64,000 nucleotides of DNA from an uncultured delta proteobacterium (GTDB taxonomy: Bacteria > Desulfobacterota > BSN033 > UBA1163), in the NCBI GenBank assembly GCA_963827685.1, contig CAWHBU010000002.1, positions 1,120,001 through 1,184,000 of the forward strand, read 5' to 3'. Of this stretch, positions 38,663 through 52,203 are shown in pieces. The notes under the pieces are model-generated. The model did no database searches and was not told the origin of the DNA. It saw only the letters and a program-made list of their open reading frames with translations. The translations under genes and the position numbers were made by a program. How positions within the stretch are numbered: position 1 is the stretch's first letter; each line of letters begins with the position of its first letter.

Positions 38663-39979
38663 ATGAAAAAATTTCTGTTTCTATGGTTCTTTATGATGAT
38701 GAGTCTGTTCATTGTTGGGGTTGTTTTTGCCGAGGCACCCGCTTCCTCGCCACCCAAAGTGGATACCGGCGATACTACCTGGATGCTCATCTCTTCTGCT
38801 TTAGTCATGCTGATGACACCAGGACTTGCCCTTTTCTACGGAGGCATGGTGAGATCAAAAAATGTCCTTGGGACGATCATGCAGAGCTTTATCGCCCTCG
38901 GAGTCATCAGCATCCAGTGGGTTCTTTACGGATATAGTCTCGCGTTCGGCCCTGATATAGGGCATGTCATAGGGAGTCTTAAATGGGTTGGACTCAGCGG
39001 TGTGGGACTGGATCCCTTTCCCGACTACGCCGCCACAGTTCCTCATCAGGCATTTATGATTTTTCAGATGATGTTTGCTGTGATTACCCCCGCCCTCATC
39101 ACCGGCGCATTTGCTGAGAGGTTTAAATTCAAGACCTATCTCGTATTCCTCGTCCTGTGGGCCACATTCGTCTATGATCCTCTTGCACACTGGGTATGGG
39201 GGACAGGCGGCTGGATTAAGAATCTTGGTGCCCTTGACTTTGCAGGAGGCCTTGTCGTACACATCAGTTCAGGAATCGCCGCATTGGCGGCGGCCCTGGT
39301 AATAGGGAAGAGAAAAGGCTATGGCGATGAGCCCATGCCTCCCCATAACCTGACCTTGACGGTTCTCGGCGCAGCACTGCTCTGGTTTGGTTGGTTCGGC
39401 TTTAATGGTGGAAGCGCGGTAGCATCGGGTTCTCTTGCCACTTCTGCTTTTGTTGTGACACATATTTCAACCGCTGCGGCAGCCCTCTCATGGATGATTG
39501 CTGAGTGGGTATACCGAGGCAATCCAACCGTTCTGGGTGCGGCCTCGGGCGCAGTGGCTGGACTAGTTGCTATTACGCCTGCATCCGGTTTTGTGGGCCC
39601 CGTACCAGCCATTATCATCGGAGCAGGAGCGGGTGTGGCTTGTTATTATGCCATTAACCTTAAGACCAAACTCGGCTATGATGATTCTCTCGACGTCGTA
39701 GGCGTTCACGGAGTAGGTGGCACGTGGGGTGCCTTGGCTACAGGACTATTTGCATCGAAGGCAATTAATTCAGCGGGAAACGATGGTCTTTTCTTTGGAA
39801 ATCCTTCTCTGATTGGAATTCAGGCATTGAGTGTTGTTTCCGCATGGGTTTACTCCTTCGTGGTGACATTGATCATACTAAAGGTTCTCGATTGGACAAT
39901 GGGCTTGAGAGTAAGCGAAGAGCATGAAATCAATGGTCTGGATATCAGTCAGCATGGGGAAGCAGGGTACTCATTCTAA
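38663..39979 (+). CDS. amtB: Ammonium transporter 2 (AmtB-like)
   Basis: MTPGLALFYGG, FQMMFA, DFAGGLVVH, WFGWFGFNGGS, DDSLDVVGVHG; start after AGGAGG. Confidence 0.95.
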   Translation: MKKFLFLWFFMMMSLFIVGVVFAEAPASSPPKVDTGDTTWMLISSALVMLMTPGLALFYGGMVRSKNVLGTIMQSFIALGVISIQWVLYGYSLAFGPDIGHVIGSLKWVGLSGVGLDPFPDYAATVPHQAFMIFQMMFAVITPALITGAFAERFKFKTYLVFLVLWATFVYDPLAHWVWGTGGWIKNLGALDFAGGLVVHISSGIAALAAALVIGKRKGYGDEPMPPHNLTLTVLGAALLWFGWFGFNGGSAVASGSLATSAFVVTHISTAAAALSWMIAEWVYRGNPTVLGAASGAVAGLVAITPASGFVGPVPAIIIGAGAGVACYYAINLKTKLGYDDSLDVVGVHGVGGTWGALATGLFASKAINSAGNDGLFFGNPSLIGIQALSVVSAWVYSFVVTLIILKVLDWTMGLRVSEEHEINGLDISQHGEAGYSF

Positions 39980-39981
39980 TA

Positions 39982-40048
39982 AGTTCGGAGTGATGAGTTC
40001 GTAGTTCGGAGAAAAAAGATAGAAATTAAAGACTCAGAGCTCCCAACT
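39982..40048. repeat. Heptamer-periodic inverted repeat
   Basis: AGTTCGG AGTGATG AGTTCGT AGTTCGG ... ACTCAGA GCTCCCA ACT. Confidence 0.55.
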
Positions 40049-40064
40049 AAATACGGAGGGATGA

Positions 40065-42965
<2,901 letters not shown>

Positions 42966-43165
42966 TCCACCCGCTCCCTTTCAAGACCTATATCAAGACC
43001 CCTCTACTGATAGATTTAAAAAGTCTTTTATTTTTAAATAGCTATAGGGGTTTCATCAACCTATCTATCAAGCCTTGAAACATTGTTTTTCAGGCCCTGA
43101 GTTATTATACTTAAGTAAGATACGGAATGTATCTTAAGCTCCATAATAGAAGGGAGGGAGCATGT

Positions 43166-44262
43166 ATGAACAAAATATTTATAACAATGATTACGATGGC
43201 TTTACTCCTACTGCCATTAAATCTATATGCACAATCAGAGCAGACCTCAACAGGAGCCCCTGGAATATCACAGGCACTTGTCCCTGAAGGCGATTTTGCG
43301 CTTAAGCTGGTTTCTGCCCTTAAGTTGGGTACGGCAACGACAGAGGCACAAGCTGAGGACATGTTGACCTCGGCCGGAATCGCGCCCAAGAATGGGTGGA
43401 TTGCAGACTATCCGGTGACGCCTATAATCATCGGCGAGCTGCAAGCTCTGTGGCCACCGCAGCAGATTCCAAAAAGCTGCCGATGGCAAAGGACGATGCT
43501 TTGAAAGCATTTCAGGATCTCACTGCTGAGTTCGGCTTAGCGGTTGCACCTGGGTCTGGTGAATACGCTGAAAACCAACCCCAAGTTAACCCTGCAGTAA
43601 TAAACAACTATTACAATGAGGAAGGTCCGCCGGCTGTCACTTACTATCCTCCTCCAGAGGATTACGATTATCTGTACGCCTGGGTTCCTTATCCATTCTG
43701 GTGCTCCGGGTTCTTCTTTCCTGGATTCTTCGTCCTAAACGATTTTGATATTATCGTTGCGGGTCATCATCACCATCGGATCACAAATCATTTCTTCGAT
43801 GCCAGGACGCATACGGTCTTCAGGGTTGACCCAAGGGGGCACGCTCTGATAAATGCTTCACGTACGACCGCCTTTAATTCTACTGCAACAAAGAATGCTG
43901 CTTCTTCAATCTTCAACCGTAGCATGGAACGATCGACGTTTGCCCGAGGAACTCAAGGAATGACGGGTAATCATGTTTCTACCTTTAGCGGAATGCAAGG
44001 AAAGCAGGCGATTGTCACCAATAACGGTGGCAATACCGTAGGTGGAAAGACATTCAGCAATTCGAACAGCTTTGCGACCGGCGGCGGAATGAACCATCGT
44101 TCGTCCCAGAGCTTTAGCAGGTCTTTCAGCGCGCCTTCCAGTGGAGGTAGCTCTTCCTGTGGAAACTGTCATGGGGGTAGCAGTTCATTCGGGCGTAGCA
44201 GCGGCCATTCGTCTGGGGGTTTCTCGGGTGGTGGTCACGGAGGCGGCGGAGGCCGCAGATAA
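43166..44262 (+). CDS. Secreted hypothetical protein with Gly/Ser-rich tail, split by a 1-nt frameshift
   Basis: Signal peptide MNKIF...; adding one A near 43443 joins IIGELQ to SSVATAADS; YYPPP/WVPYPFW core. Confidence 0.6.
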
Positions 44263-44285
44263 GAGTCAGGATAAACTACCTTAAG

Positions 44286-44312
44286 AAAAGGATCTTTTGA
44301 TCCTCTTTTTTT
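44286..44312 (+). terminator. Putative intrinsic terminator
   Basis: AGGATC-tttt-GATCCT followed by a T run. Confidence 0.5.
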
Positions 44313-44426
44313 ATCTCTCAAAATTCTGGAGATCCATTCCCTTTCAAGGAGTTTATCAACTCATCATTCCCTAAACAAAATTGGAAAGGGAATGGTCCCG
44401 TCTGTCTCTATTTTAAAAAGATCTCT

Positions 44427-45422
44427 TTATTCATCTGGTTCAATAGAAGACACTTCATTTTTTCTGATACAGAGTTCACCGCCTCCTCTCCATGTACAGT
44501 ACTGGCCGTCTTTTTCCGTATAACTACTCCATCTTAAAGTCGCCCCGTCTTTCATGTGTAAAATGACTTTACCTGAAACAGGCTTTTCTTCTTGACGAGA
44601 CATTTTTTTGATTAGTTCCCCCAGCGCTTTCCCAAAGTCTGAGGAGCCCCTTTCCATGCCATCTCTGAATGCGCCTAAGGTAACGGTATGATAGCGTTTC
44701 CCACTTTCAGACTCGGCGAATTCAACATAGTGCTGCAGTTCTTCATCCTTCAATGTCCTATAGATATAGAGGTTCCCTTGCATTTCTTTTGTTCGAGTTT
44801 CCTCCTCGATTTTTGGGCGTAGTTCCTCAAGCTGTTTTTTTATGACATTAAGATCCGTTTGTTTTTCTTTGGGTAAAGATGGATTGATTGCCGTTAACAT
44901 GGCTATCGTCATGGATATTCTCATATCGACAATTGATTTGACGGAGCTCTCCGCTTCAATCAACCTTTGTACGAGATCTATTCGCTTCTTTGAGGGGGGC
45001 GTTTTTTTAAGCGAATTGCCATATTCTTCAATCGCCTGCATTACTCCAGGCGTGGTGTTGGCCTTTTCGACGGCTGTAATTTTTTGTCCTAAATCCGAAT
45101 CAAGCCACGTGAGAACCCCTTGCATACTCTTTATGTCAAGATTTTTTTCGACCTGATCAGATATTCCTCTTAAGAGTCTTTCCGGATCCCAGGCCTTGAC
45201 TGTTTCACGTTCGAAAGCGCTAAATATTTCCGGAGGAAGCTTGTCTTTCGATTGAGATAGAATGGATTCGGCAAGCAGCGGGAATTGGCGAATCTGGTCA
45301 TTTATCCCTGACTTCTCCATAATCTTCTTCGTCAGTGTTTTTTTGTCAGTTTGTCCTGAACTTGTGCCAGCAACGACTAACTGGAAAAAAACTAAGAATA
45401 GAATCAAAAATATTTTTTTCAC
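44427..45422 (-). CDS. Secreted DUF2059-like protein
   Basis: Signal peptide, two F/W-x-S-x-x-G-K repeats (WLDSDLGQK, FAESESGKR); GTG start after GGAGG. Confidence 0.65.
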   Translation of the reverse strand: MKKIFLILFLVFFQLVVAGTSSGQTDKKTLTKKIMEKSGINDQIRQFPLLAESILSQSKDKLPPEIFSAFERETVKAWDPERLLRGISDQVEKNLDIKSMQGVLTWLDSDLGQKITAVEKANTTPGVMQAIEEYGNSLKKTPPSKKRIDLVQRLIEAESSVKSIVDMRISMTIAMLTAINPSLPKEKQTDLNVIKKQLEELRPKIEEETRTKEMQGNLYIYRTLKDEELQHYVEFAESESGKRYHTVTLGAFRDGMERGSSDFGKALGELIKKMSRQEEKPVSGKVILHMKDGATLRWSSYTEKDGQYCTWRGGGELCIRKNEVSSIEPDE

Positions 45423-45470
45423 ATTATCCTCCCCAAGAACCACAGGCAGACTTCAAAACGAGTTCTATTA

Positions 45471-45630
45471 AGTGGAGCCCCACGGGCTAAAGCCCGTGGC
45501 TCCTCCACATGCTTCGTCGGGCGGAACCCTCCGAAGCACACCCTACTACGCTCCTTTGGAGCTTCGAAGGGTACCCTCCCCGCATTCATCCACGGGCCAA
45601 AGACCCGTGGCTTTCTGCGTAGGAGGGTAG
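45471..45630. mobile_element. IS200/IS605-derived miniature element
   Basis: Two CCACGGG(C)-loop-CCCGTGG hairpins at the ends, extra internal palindrome, no ORF. Confidence 0.55.
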
Positions 45631-45675
45631 AGCCATGTAATCGAAAACCGAAGTTAAAGCATACATTGAAAGATC

Positions 45676-46014
45676 TTACTTTGGAAATCCCGCCAGATAC
45701 TCTTTAACCAACAACTCATTTTTGTTCTGGAGTTTTTGCATCTCACCCAATTCCACATTTTCAAGAGCCAGTTTCATCCTTTTATTTCTCAAACGGGTAA
45801 TTTCAGCATCCAAATATTGAATGGTATTGGCAACCGCCTCTGCCATGGAGGAGATCGACTCCTGAGCCTTTTCAAAGGTCTCTTTATCCAAATAAGCCCG
45901 GTTCAAAAGATGAAATCGTTCAAAGAATTTTTGAAACTTCTCCACCTCTTCTTTCTTTCCCTTCTTTTTTGAATCCAGTTTTTTCGCCAACTCCAAAAAT
46001 TTGTCTAAATCCAT
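45676..46014 (-). CDS. Hypothetical coiled-coil protein
   Basis: 112-aa ORF with GGAG RBS and an upstream TTGACA-N17-TAGATT; divergent from glnA1. Confidence 0.65.
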   Translation of the reverse strand: MDLDKFLELAKKLDSKKKGKKEEVEKFQKFFERFHLLNRAYLDKETFEKAQESISSMAEAVANTIQYLDAEITRLRNKRMKLALENVELGEMQKLQNKNELLVKEYLAGFPK

Positions 46015-46112
46015 AGAATTTTTCTCCCGAATTCTTCGATTTGACCTTTTCCTTAAATCTATGAAAACGGTTCGCCTTTGTCAATCCTTTTATATTGGAA
46101 TATTGGATCTTT

Positions 46113-46149
46113 CTGCCTTTTTTTAAACAGCCTGTTTAAAATTCATCAG
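46113..46149. promoter_or_regulatory. Upstream activator site C
   Basis: CTGCCTTTTTTTAAACAG-C-CTGTTTAAAATTCATCAG. Confidence 0.65.
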
Positions 46150-46263
46150 TCGCTTCCAATCCTAAGACCTTTTTGAGATTATCATTCTTCTTATACGAAA
46201 AATAAATTCATGTAATTTCATGAAGTTATAAAGCTGTAACTTATTTACATGTATATCCGATAA

Positions 46264-46279
46264 TGGCACATAATTTGCT
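46264..46279 (+). promoter_or_regulatory. sigma54 promoter of the glnA1-GOGAT operon
   Basis: TGGCACATAATTTGCT, consensus match. Confidence 0.9.
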
Positions 46280-46293
46280 CTTTAATTTGCCAG

Positions 46294-46346
46294 ATACAGC
46301 GCTGTATTGGACTGACAAGGGCGTCTCCAGCACGGGACGCCTTTTT
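46294..46346 (+). promoter_or_regulatory. ANTAR-type dual-hexaloop attenuator (glnA1 leader)
   Basis: ATAC-AGCGCT-GTAT, 6 nt, GAC-AAGGGC-GTC overlapping the terminator GGGCGTCT...GGGACGCC-TTTTT. Confidence 0.75.
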
Positions 46347-46385
46347 AATCATTTCAAAATCCCATTAAACAGGAGGAAAATTTCT

Positions 46386-47819
46386 ATGAGTCCTAAAGAC
46401 GTGGTGAAGATGATCAAGGAAACCGGAGTTCAAATCGTCGATTTGAAATTCAATGACCTTCCGGGACTATGGCAACATTTCTCGATGCCCGTTTCAGAAC
46501 TATCGGAAATGGACGACCTCACGGATAGCATCTTCGTCGAAGGAGTCGGGTTCGATGGTTCAAGTATCCGCGGGTTTCAAAAAATCGAGGAGAGCGACAT
46601 GATTTTGATCCCAGATCCTTCGACGGCCGTAGTGGATCCAATCTGTGAAATCCCAACCATGAGTCTCATCTGTGATATCTACGACCCCATTACTAAAAAA
46701 CCTTATTCCAGGGATCCAAGGTATGTGGCCAAGAAGGCCGAACAGTACTTAAAAAAATCCGGGATTGCGGATCAGAGTTACTGGGGACCGGAGATGGAAT
46801 TCTTCATCTTTAATGACATTCGATTTGATCAAACGGAGAATGCCGGCTATTACTTCATCGATTCAACCGAAGGTGAGTGGAACTCAGGAAGGGAAGAGAA
46901 ACCGAACTTGGGATACAAACCGCGGTATAAAGAGGGATACTTCCCGGTTCCTCCCACCGATTCCCAACAGGATCTCCGGAGCGAAATCATCCTAACGATG
47001 ATTAAAGCTGGCATCGGCATCGAAGTTCATCATCATGAAGTCGCTACGGCTGGACAGGCAGAGATCGATATGAAGTTCGATTCCCTCGTGGTCATGGCGG
47101 ATAGATGTCTGATGTACAAATATATTGTCAAAAACATTGCCCGGAAACATGGGATGGTGGCCACTTTCATGGCGAAGCCCCTCTTTGGTGACAACGGGAG
47201 CGGCATGCATACCCACCAAAGTCTGTTCAGAAACGGAGAGAACATCTTCTTCGATCCTAAGGGATATGCTCTCATCAGCCAAACAGCGAAATATTATATC
47301 GGTGGACTTCTGAAGCACGCCGATGCCTTGATGGGATTCTGTGCTCCTACGACCAATTCCTACAAGCGACTGGTTCCGGGTTACGAAGCCCCGGTGAACC
47401 TCACTTATTCACAAAGGAACCGGAGTGCAGCGATTCGGATTCCGGTTTACTCTGAGAATCCAAAGACCAAACGGATCGAATTCAGGCCTCCCGATAATAC
47501 CTGCAATCCCTATTTGGCCTTTTCAGCCATGTTGATGGCTGGCCTTGACGGAATAAAGAGAAAGATCGATCCCGGTGAACCGATGGACAAAGACACTTAC
47601 CACCTGACAGGCAAGGATAAAGCAAAGGTCAAGACGGTACCGGGATCTCTTGAAGATTCCTTAAATGCTCTCGAGAAGGACCAGCAGTTTCTCCTGGAGG
47701 GGGATGTCTTTACCAAGGATGTGATCGACGTTTGGCTTGAATATAAGCGAGAGAAGGAGATCGATGCCGTGAGGCTACGTCCCCATCCCTACGAATTTTA
47801 TCTCTACTTCGATATTTAA
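46386..47819 (+). CDS. glnA: Glutamine synthetase type I-beta
   Basis: FDGSSIRG, GPEMEFF, HHHEVA, DNGSGMH, NSYKRLVPGYEAP, adenylylation-site-like MDKDTY; start after AGGAGG. Confidence 0.95.
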   Translation: MSPKDVVKMIKETGVQIVDLKFNDLPGLWQHFSMPVSELSEMDDLTDSIFVEGVGFDGSSIRGFQKIEESDMILIPDPSTAVVDPICEIPTMSLICDIYDPITKKPYSRDPRYVAKKAEQYLKKSGIADQSYWGPEMEFFIFNDIRFDQTENAGYYFIDSTEGEWNSGREEKPNLGYKPRYKEGYFPVPPTDSQQDLRSEIILTMIKAGIGIEVHHHEVATAGQAEIDMKFDSLVVMADRCLMYKYIVKNIARKHGMVATFMAKPLFGDNGSGMHTHQSLFRNGENIFFDPKGYALISQTAKYYIGGLLKHADALMGFCAPTTNSYKRLVPGYEAPVNLTYSQRNRSAAIRIPVYSENPKTKRIEFRPPDNTCNPYLAFSAMLMAGLDGIKRKIDPGEPMDKDTYHLTGKDKAKVKTVPGSLEDSLNALEKDQQFLLEGDVFTKDVIDVWLEYKREKEIDAVRLRPHPYEFYLYFDI

Positions 47820-47834
47820 GGAGGGAATCAGGTT

Positions 47835-49007
47835 ATGAGACTCACCAGGCCTTGGTTCGAAAAAGAAATTTCTGGTTGTTCCCTTACCGGGTTTATTAAT
47901 GAGGACGGGAAAAGAGTCAGCGGAGAGGCGATCATCCAATCCATTGCCTTGATGAACGAGCGTTCGAATGGTTTGGGAGGAGGCTTCGCAGGTTATGGGA
48001 TCTATCCTGAGATGAAAGACCTCTACGTTCTCCATCTCATGTACGATGACATTGCGGCCAAAGAAGAGACGGAGCGAATCTTAAATGAATCCCTCTTCAT
48101 CGAACTCCAGGAAAAGATTCCGACCCGGAAAACAAAAGGGATTCATCATCCCCCTCTTCTTGTGAGATATTTCGCCAAAGTGGATGAGAACAGACTTTTT
48201 GAAATGGAAATTTCAGAGGAAGATTACATCGTTCAAACCGTGATGATGATTAACAGCCGAATTAAGGGTGCCTATGTCTTCTCCAGTGGAAAGAACATGG
48301 GCACCTTTAAGGCGGTAGGCTTTCCTGACGATGTAGGGAAGTTTTACCGGTTAGAGGAATACCAGGGTTATACGTGGATTGCCCATGGCCGCTTCCCTAC
48401 CAATACTCCAGGATGGTGGGGAGGAGCTCACCCCTTCACCCTGCTCGATTTCGCAGTGGTCCACAATGGAGAGATCTCGTCTTACGGGATTAACAAACGC
48501 TATCTCGAGATGTTTGGATATCAGTGCACCCTGAGAACCGATACGGAGGTGATGGCTTATCTCTTCGACCTCCTCCTGAGAAAACATCGTCTTCCGATTG
48601 AGGTGGCTTGTATGGCCTTAGCTTCTCCCACATGGTCAGAGATCGATCATTATGACGGGAAAATGGAATTAGCTAAGGCTATCAGAACTGTCTACGGAAG
48701 TGCCTTGGTCAATGGCCCATTTGCGATCCTTTTGGGTCACAAGAAAGGATTGATCGGTCTTAACGATAGAATTAAGTTGAGGCCCCTCGTTGCTGGGAGG
48801 AAAGACAATACCCTTTATATCGCCAGTGAAGAAGCAGGAATTAGAGAAATTTGTCCCTCCCCGGATAAAGTGTGGTCTCCTAAGGCCGGCGAACCTATCA
48901 CGGGATGGTTGAAGGAGGATCATCAGAATGAATTTAAGTCATCTCGAATCCGAATTTCAGATCGAGAGAAATCCAGACCGGTGTATTCAGTGCCAGGTAT
49001 GTGTTAG
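47835..49007 (+). CDS. Stand-alone class II GATase subunit of a split glutamate synthase (GltB1-like)
   Basis: SGC near the N-terminus, ERSNGLGGG, AHGRFPTNT, AHPF, HNGE, TDTE, LRP. Confidence 0.88.
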   Translation: MRLTRPWFEKEISGCSLTGFINEDGKRVSGEAIIQSIALMNERSNGLGGGFAGYGIYPEMKDLYVLHLMYDDIAAKEETERILNESLFIELQEKIPTRKTKGIHHPPLLVRYFAKVDENRLFEMEISEEDYIVQTVMMINSRIKGAYVFSSGKNMGTFKAVGFPDDVGKFYRLEEYQGYTWIAHGRFPTNTPGWWGGAHPFTLLDFAVVHNGEISSYGINKRYLEMFGYQCTLRTDTEVMAYLFDLLLRKHRLPIEVACMALASPTWSEIDHYDGKMELAKAIRTVYGSALVNGPFAILLGHKKGLIGLNDRIKLRPLVAGRKDNTLYIASEEAGIREICPSPDKVWSPKAGEPITGWLKEDHQNEFKSSRIRISDREKSRPVYSVPGMC

Positions 49008-50442
49008 GCAGTGTGCCTTTGAAGGTCACTCCTACGATCCTGAAAATAGCCAGGTCAATTCTAACGAAGAAGTGTGCGTGGGCTGCCACCGTTGTGTCAC
49101 CCTTTGCCCTACCAATGCCCTGACCGTTCGACAGAATCCTCTTGAATTCAGGGAAAATGGCAACTGGACAGGTTGGGCCATCCGCAACATCATTAGGCAG
49201 GCAGAGACAGGCGGTGTGCTTCTGACCGGGATGGGGAATGACCGGCCCTACCCGATCTACTGGGACCATCTCCTCCTCAATGCCAGCCAGGTGACGAATC
49301 CCTCTATTGATCCCCTGAGAGAACCCATGGAACTCAGGACCTATCTGGGGAGAAAACCCGATAAATTAGAGGTGGATTTCAACGGGAGAAATTTTCAACT
49401 GAAGGAACCTCTTCCTCCCCAGTTAAAATTAGAGACACCGATTCTCTTTTCCGCCATGTCTTATGGCGCCATTAGTTATAATGCCTGTGAGTCTTTAGCC
49501 AGAGCTGCAGAGGCCCTGGGCATTTGTTGCAACACCGGTGAAGGCGGTCTTCATCCCAATCTCTATAAATACGGCAAGAATACCATCGTTCAAGTCGCTT
49601 CAGGTCGATTCGGTGTCCACAAAGATTATCTCGATACAGCGGCTGCCATTGAAATTAAGATCGGGCAGGGGGCGAAGCCAGGCATCGGAGGTCACCTCCC
49701 CGGGGAAAAAGTTGTAGAGGACATCTCGAAGACGAGAATGATTCCCAAGGGCACGGACGCCCTCTCCCCTGCCCCCCAGCACGATATCTATTCGATTGAA
49801 GACCTGCGGATGCTCATCTACGCCCTCAAAGAGGCAACCCGATATAGCAAACCGATCTCCGTGAAGATCGCCGCCGTCCATAATGCCGCGGCTATTGCCA
49901 GCGGCATGGTAAGGGCGGGGGCTGACATCATTGCGTTAGATGGATTCCGTGGAGGAACAGGAGCAGCCCCCACCGTGATCCGTGATAACGTGGGTATCCC
50001 GATTGAGTTTGCCTTGGCTGCTGTGGATCAGCGCCTCAGAGAAGAGGGAATCCGTCATCAGGCCTCCCTCTTAGTGGCTGGAGGATTCCGTAACAGCGCG
50101 GATATTTTCAAAGCCATTGCTTTAGGTGCGGATGCGGTTTACATCGGGACTGCAGCCCTCATCGCCATGGGCTGTCATGTCTGTCAAAAATGTTATACAG
50201 GCAAGTGCAATTGGGGAATTGCCACACAAGACCCGTATCTTGAGAAAAGACTGAATCCAGATATTGCAACAGAGAGGCTGATCAATCTGATCCACGCATG
50301 GAGCCATGAGATAAAGGAGATGTTGGGTGGGATGGGAATCAATGCGATTGAATCCCTTCGTGGGAACCGGTTGGCCTTACGAGGAATTGGACTCACGGAT
50401 ACGGAATTAGATATCCTCGGAGTCTTACCCGCAGGAAGGTAA
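48928..50442 (+). CDS. FMN-binding glutamate synthase subunit with N-terminal ferredoxin (GltB2-like)
   Basis: Two CxxCxxCxxxC, AMSYG, NTGEGG, QVASGRFG, GQGAKPGIGGHL, GGTGAAP, CHVCQKCYTGKC. Confidence 0.92.
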   Translation: MNLSHLESEFQIERNPDRCIQCQVCVRQCAFEGHSYDPENSQVNSNEEVCVGCHRCVTLCPTNALTVRQNPLEFRENGNWTGWAIRNIIRQAETGGVLLTGMGNDRPYPIYWDHLLLNASQVTNPSIDPLREPMELRTYLGRKPDKLEVDFNGRNFQLKEPLPPQLKLETPILFSAMSYGAISYNACESLARAAEALGICCNTGEGGLHPNLYKYGKNTIVQVASGRFGVHKDYLDTAAAIEIKIGQGAKPGIGGHLPGEKVVEDISKTRMIPKGTDALSPAPQHDIYSIEDLRMLIYALKEATRYSKPISVKIAAVHNAAAIASGMVRAGADIIALDGFRGGTGAAPTVIRDNVGIPIEFALAAVDQRLREEGIRHQASLLVAGGFRNSADIFKAIALGADAVYIGTAALIAMGCHVCQKCYTGKCNWGIATQDPYLEKRLNPDIATERLINLIHAWSHEIKEMLGGMGINAIESLRGNRLALRGIGLTDTELDILGVLPAGR

Positions 50443-50494
50443 ACCAAGCATTTTCGCCCTCTCTCTTGACGGGAGAGGGCGAGGGTGAGGGTGA

Positions 50495-50935
50495 ATGAAA
50501 CGAATCTTTGTCAAAGAAGAAGTCTGCATGGGATGCCGCCTCTGCGAAATCCATTGCCTTGTGGAGCATTCAAAGTCCAAAAATATTTTTAAGGCCTTCA
50601 AGGAGGAAAATCCTCGTGCCCTTCCTCGAATCTTCGTGGAGGAGAAAGGAACGCTTTCCTTTGGACTTCAATGTCGCCATTGTGAAGAACCCTTTTGCTT
50701 AGAAGCCTGTCTGAGTGGGGCTCTTTACCGGGATGAGAAAACAGGTGCCATTCTTCACAACAAGGACCAATGTGTGGGATGCTGGATGTGTGTGATGGTT
50801 TGTCCTTATGGTGCCATCCAAAGAGATTTGAACGGGAAGAAGGCTGCTTCAAAATGTGACCTTTGTGTGGGGAAGGAGACGCCGATTTGTGTGATGAAAT
50901 GCCCTAATCATGCATTGGAATTTCGGGAGTCCTGA
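50495..50935 (+). CDS. 4Fe-4S dicluster (CooF/HydN-like) protein
   Basis: CMGCRLC, CRHCEEPFC, CVGCWMC...CP, KCDLC. Confidence 0.9.
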   Translation: MKRIFVKEEVCMGCRLCEIHCLVEHSKSKNIFKAFKEENPRALPRIFVEEKGTLSFGLQCRHCEEPFCLEACLSGALYRDEKTGAILHNKDQCVGCWMCVMVCPYGAIQRDLNGKKAASKCDLCVGKETPICVMKCPNHALEFRES

Positions 50936-50937
50936 GA

Positions 50938-52203
50938 ATGAGGATCGTCATCATAGGGAATTCAGCAGCGGCCGTGGGGGCCATTGAAGCGGTTCGAAAA
51001 GTGGATCGTTCTACCCTCATCACGGTCATCTCTGATGAACCCCATTCCGTTTATTCCCGACCTCTTATCTCCTATTTTTTAGCTGGAGAAATCAAACAGG
51101 AGCAGCTCTATTACCGGCCAAAAGACTTCTATGAAAAGAACCGTGTTCGAACCCTCCTGGGAAGGCATGTGGTCAAGGCTACTTTTGGAGAAAAGGCGGT
51201 TCAATTAAATAACGGAGAAAAGATTTCTTATGATCGTCTTCTCATTTCGACAGGGGGGAAACCTTTTCTCCCCAAAATGGAAGGACTCGACAAACCTGGA
51301 GTCCATACATTTACCACACTGGAGGATGCCAAGAAAATTTTGTCAGTTTTAAAAGATGTTCAAAAGGCGGTCGTCATCGGTGGAGGGTTGATCGGGCTGA
51401 AGGCAGCCGAAGCCTTAAAGAAGAGAAACATAGAAGTGACTGTTGTCGAGTTGGCTGATCATATCCTCAGTCTAACGATGGATGAAACCGCTTCTTCCAT
51501 CCTTGAAAAGGCATTGAAGAAAGAAGGAGTCCATCTGATCACTTCCAATACCGTTGAGGCGATTTTGGGCGATGGCCGTGTGGAATCGGTTCGTCTTGCC
51601 GATGGGAAATTGCTCAAGACGCAGCTAGTTGTCGTGGCGATCGGCGTCATCCCAAATGTGGATCCCTTCAGAGGGACCTCCCTTCGTATCGAAAAAGGAA
51701 TCCTCGTCGATGAACGGATGGAAACGAACATCCCGGATGTCTATGCGGCCGGCGATGTGACCCAAGCTTACGATAAAATCCTCAAAAGCTATCGCACGAT
51801 TCCGATATGGCCCAATGCCTATAGTCAAGGGAAAATAGCTGGATACCAAATGACGGGAAATAAGAAATATCAATACGGAGGAAGTTTCATGATGAATTCC
51901 ATCGAAGTGGCTCATATCCCGACCGTCTCCATCGGTCTTACTGACCCTCCTCCTGATGATGGTTACCAGGTTCTTAAAAAATTTGATCGGGGTTCCGGTG
52001 TTTACCGGAAGGTGATCTTGAGAGGAGATGTAATCGTCGGCGCCATCTTTACAGGACAGATTGACCGGGCTGGGATTATGACAGGGTTATTGAGAGATGG
52101 GGTCAAGGTGAGAGGATTTAAGAAAGAATTGGTGAGTGAACAGTTTGGTTTTGTCTCCCTCCCTAAAGCCTTAAGGAAGGAGAGACTGCTGAATTTGAAA
52201 TGA
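50938..52203 (+). CDS. FAD-dependent NAD(P)H oxidoreductase (NirB-N-like)
   Basis: IIGNSAA, YSRP, IGGGLIG, VYAAGD. Confidence 0.88.
   Translation: MRIVIIGNSAAAVGAIEAVRKVDRSTLITVISDEPHSVYSRPLISYFLAGEIKQEQLYYRPKDFYEKNRVRTLLGRHVVKATFGEKAVQLNNGEKISYDRLLISTGGKPFLPKMEGLDKPGVHTFTTLEDAKKILSVLKDVQKAVVIGGGLIGLKAAEALKKRNIEVTVVELADHILSLTMDETASSILEKALKKEGVHLITSNTVEAILGDGRVESVRLADGKLLKTQLVVVAIGVIPNVDPFRGTSLRIEKGILVDERMETNIPDVYAAGDVTQAYDKILKSYRTIPIWPNAYSQGKIAGYQMTGNKKYQYGGSFMMNSIEVAHIPTVSIGLTDPPPDDGYQVLKKFDRGSGVYRKVILRGDVIVGAIFTGQIDRAGIMTGLLRDGVKVRGFKKELVSEQFGFVSLPKALRKERLLNLK

Noticed and set aside
46263-46385. 41-aa N-terminal extension of GlnA1, or a glutamine (glnA) riboswitch
   Set aside because: The region contains the sigma54 promoter and attenuator; the RBS points to 46386, and the structure fits dual hexaloops rather than a three-stem aptamer
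48928-49007. 80-nt overlap of GltB1 and GltB2 as a meaningful feature
   Set aside because: One extra A near 48927 would give an ordinary ATGA overlap, so this may be a fifth indel; it cannot be decided from this sequence
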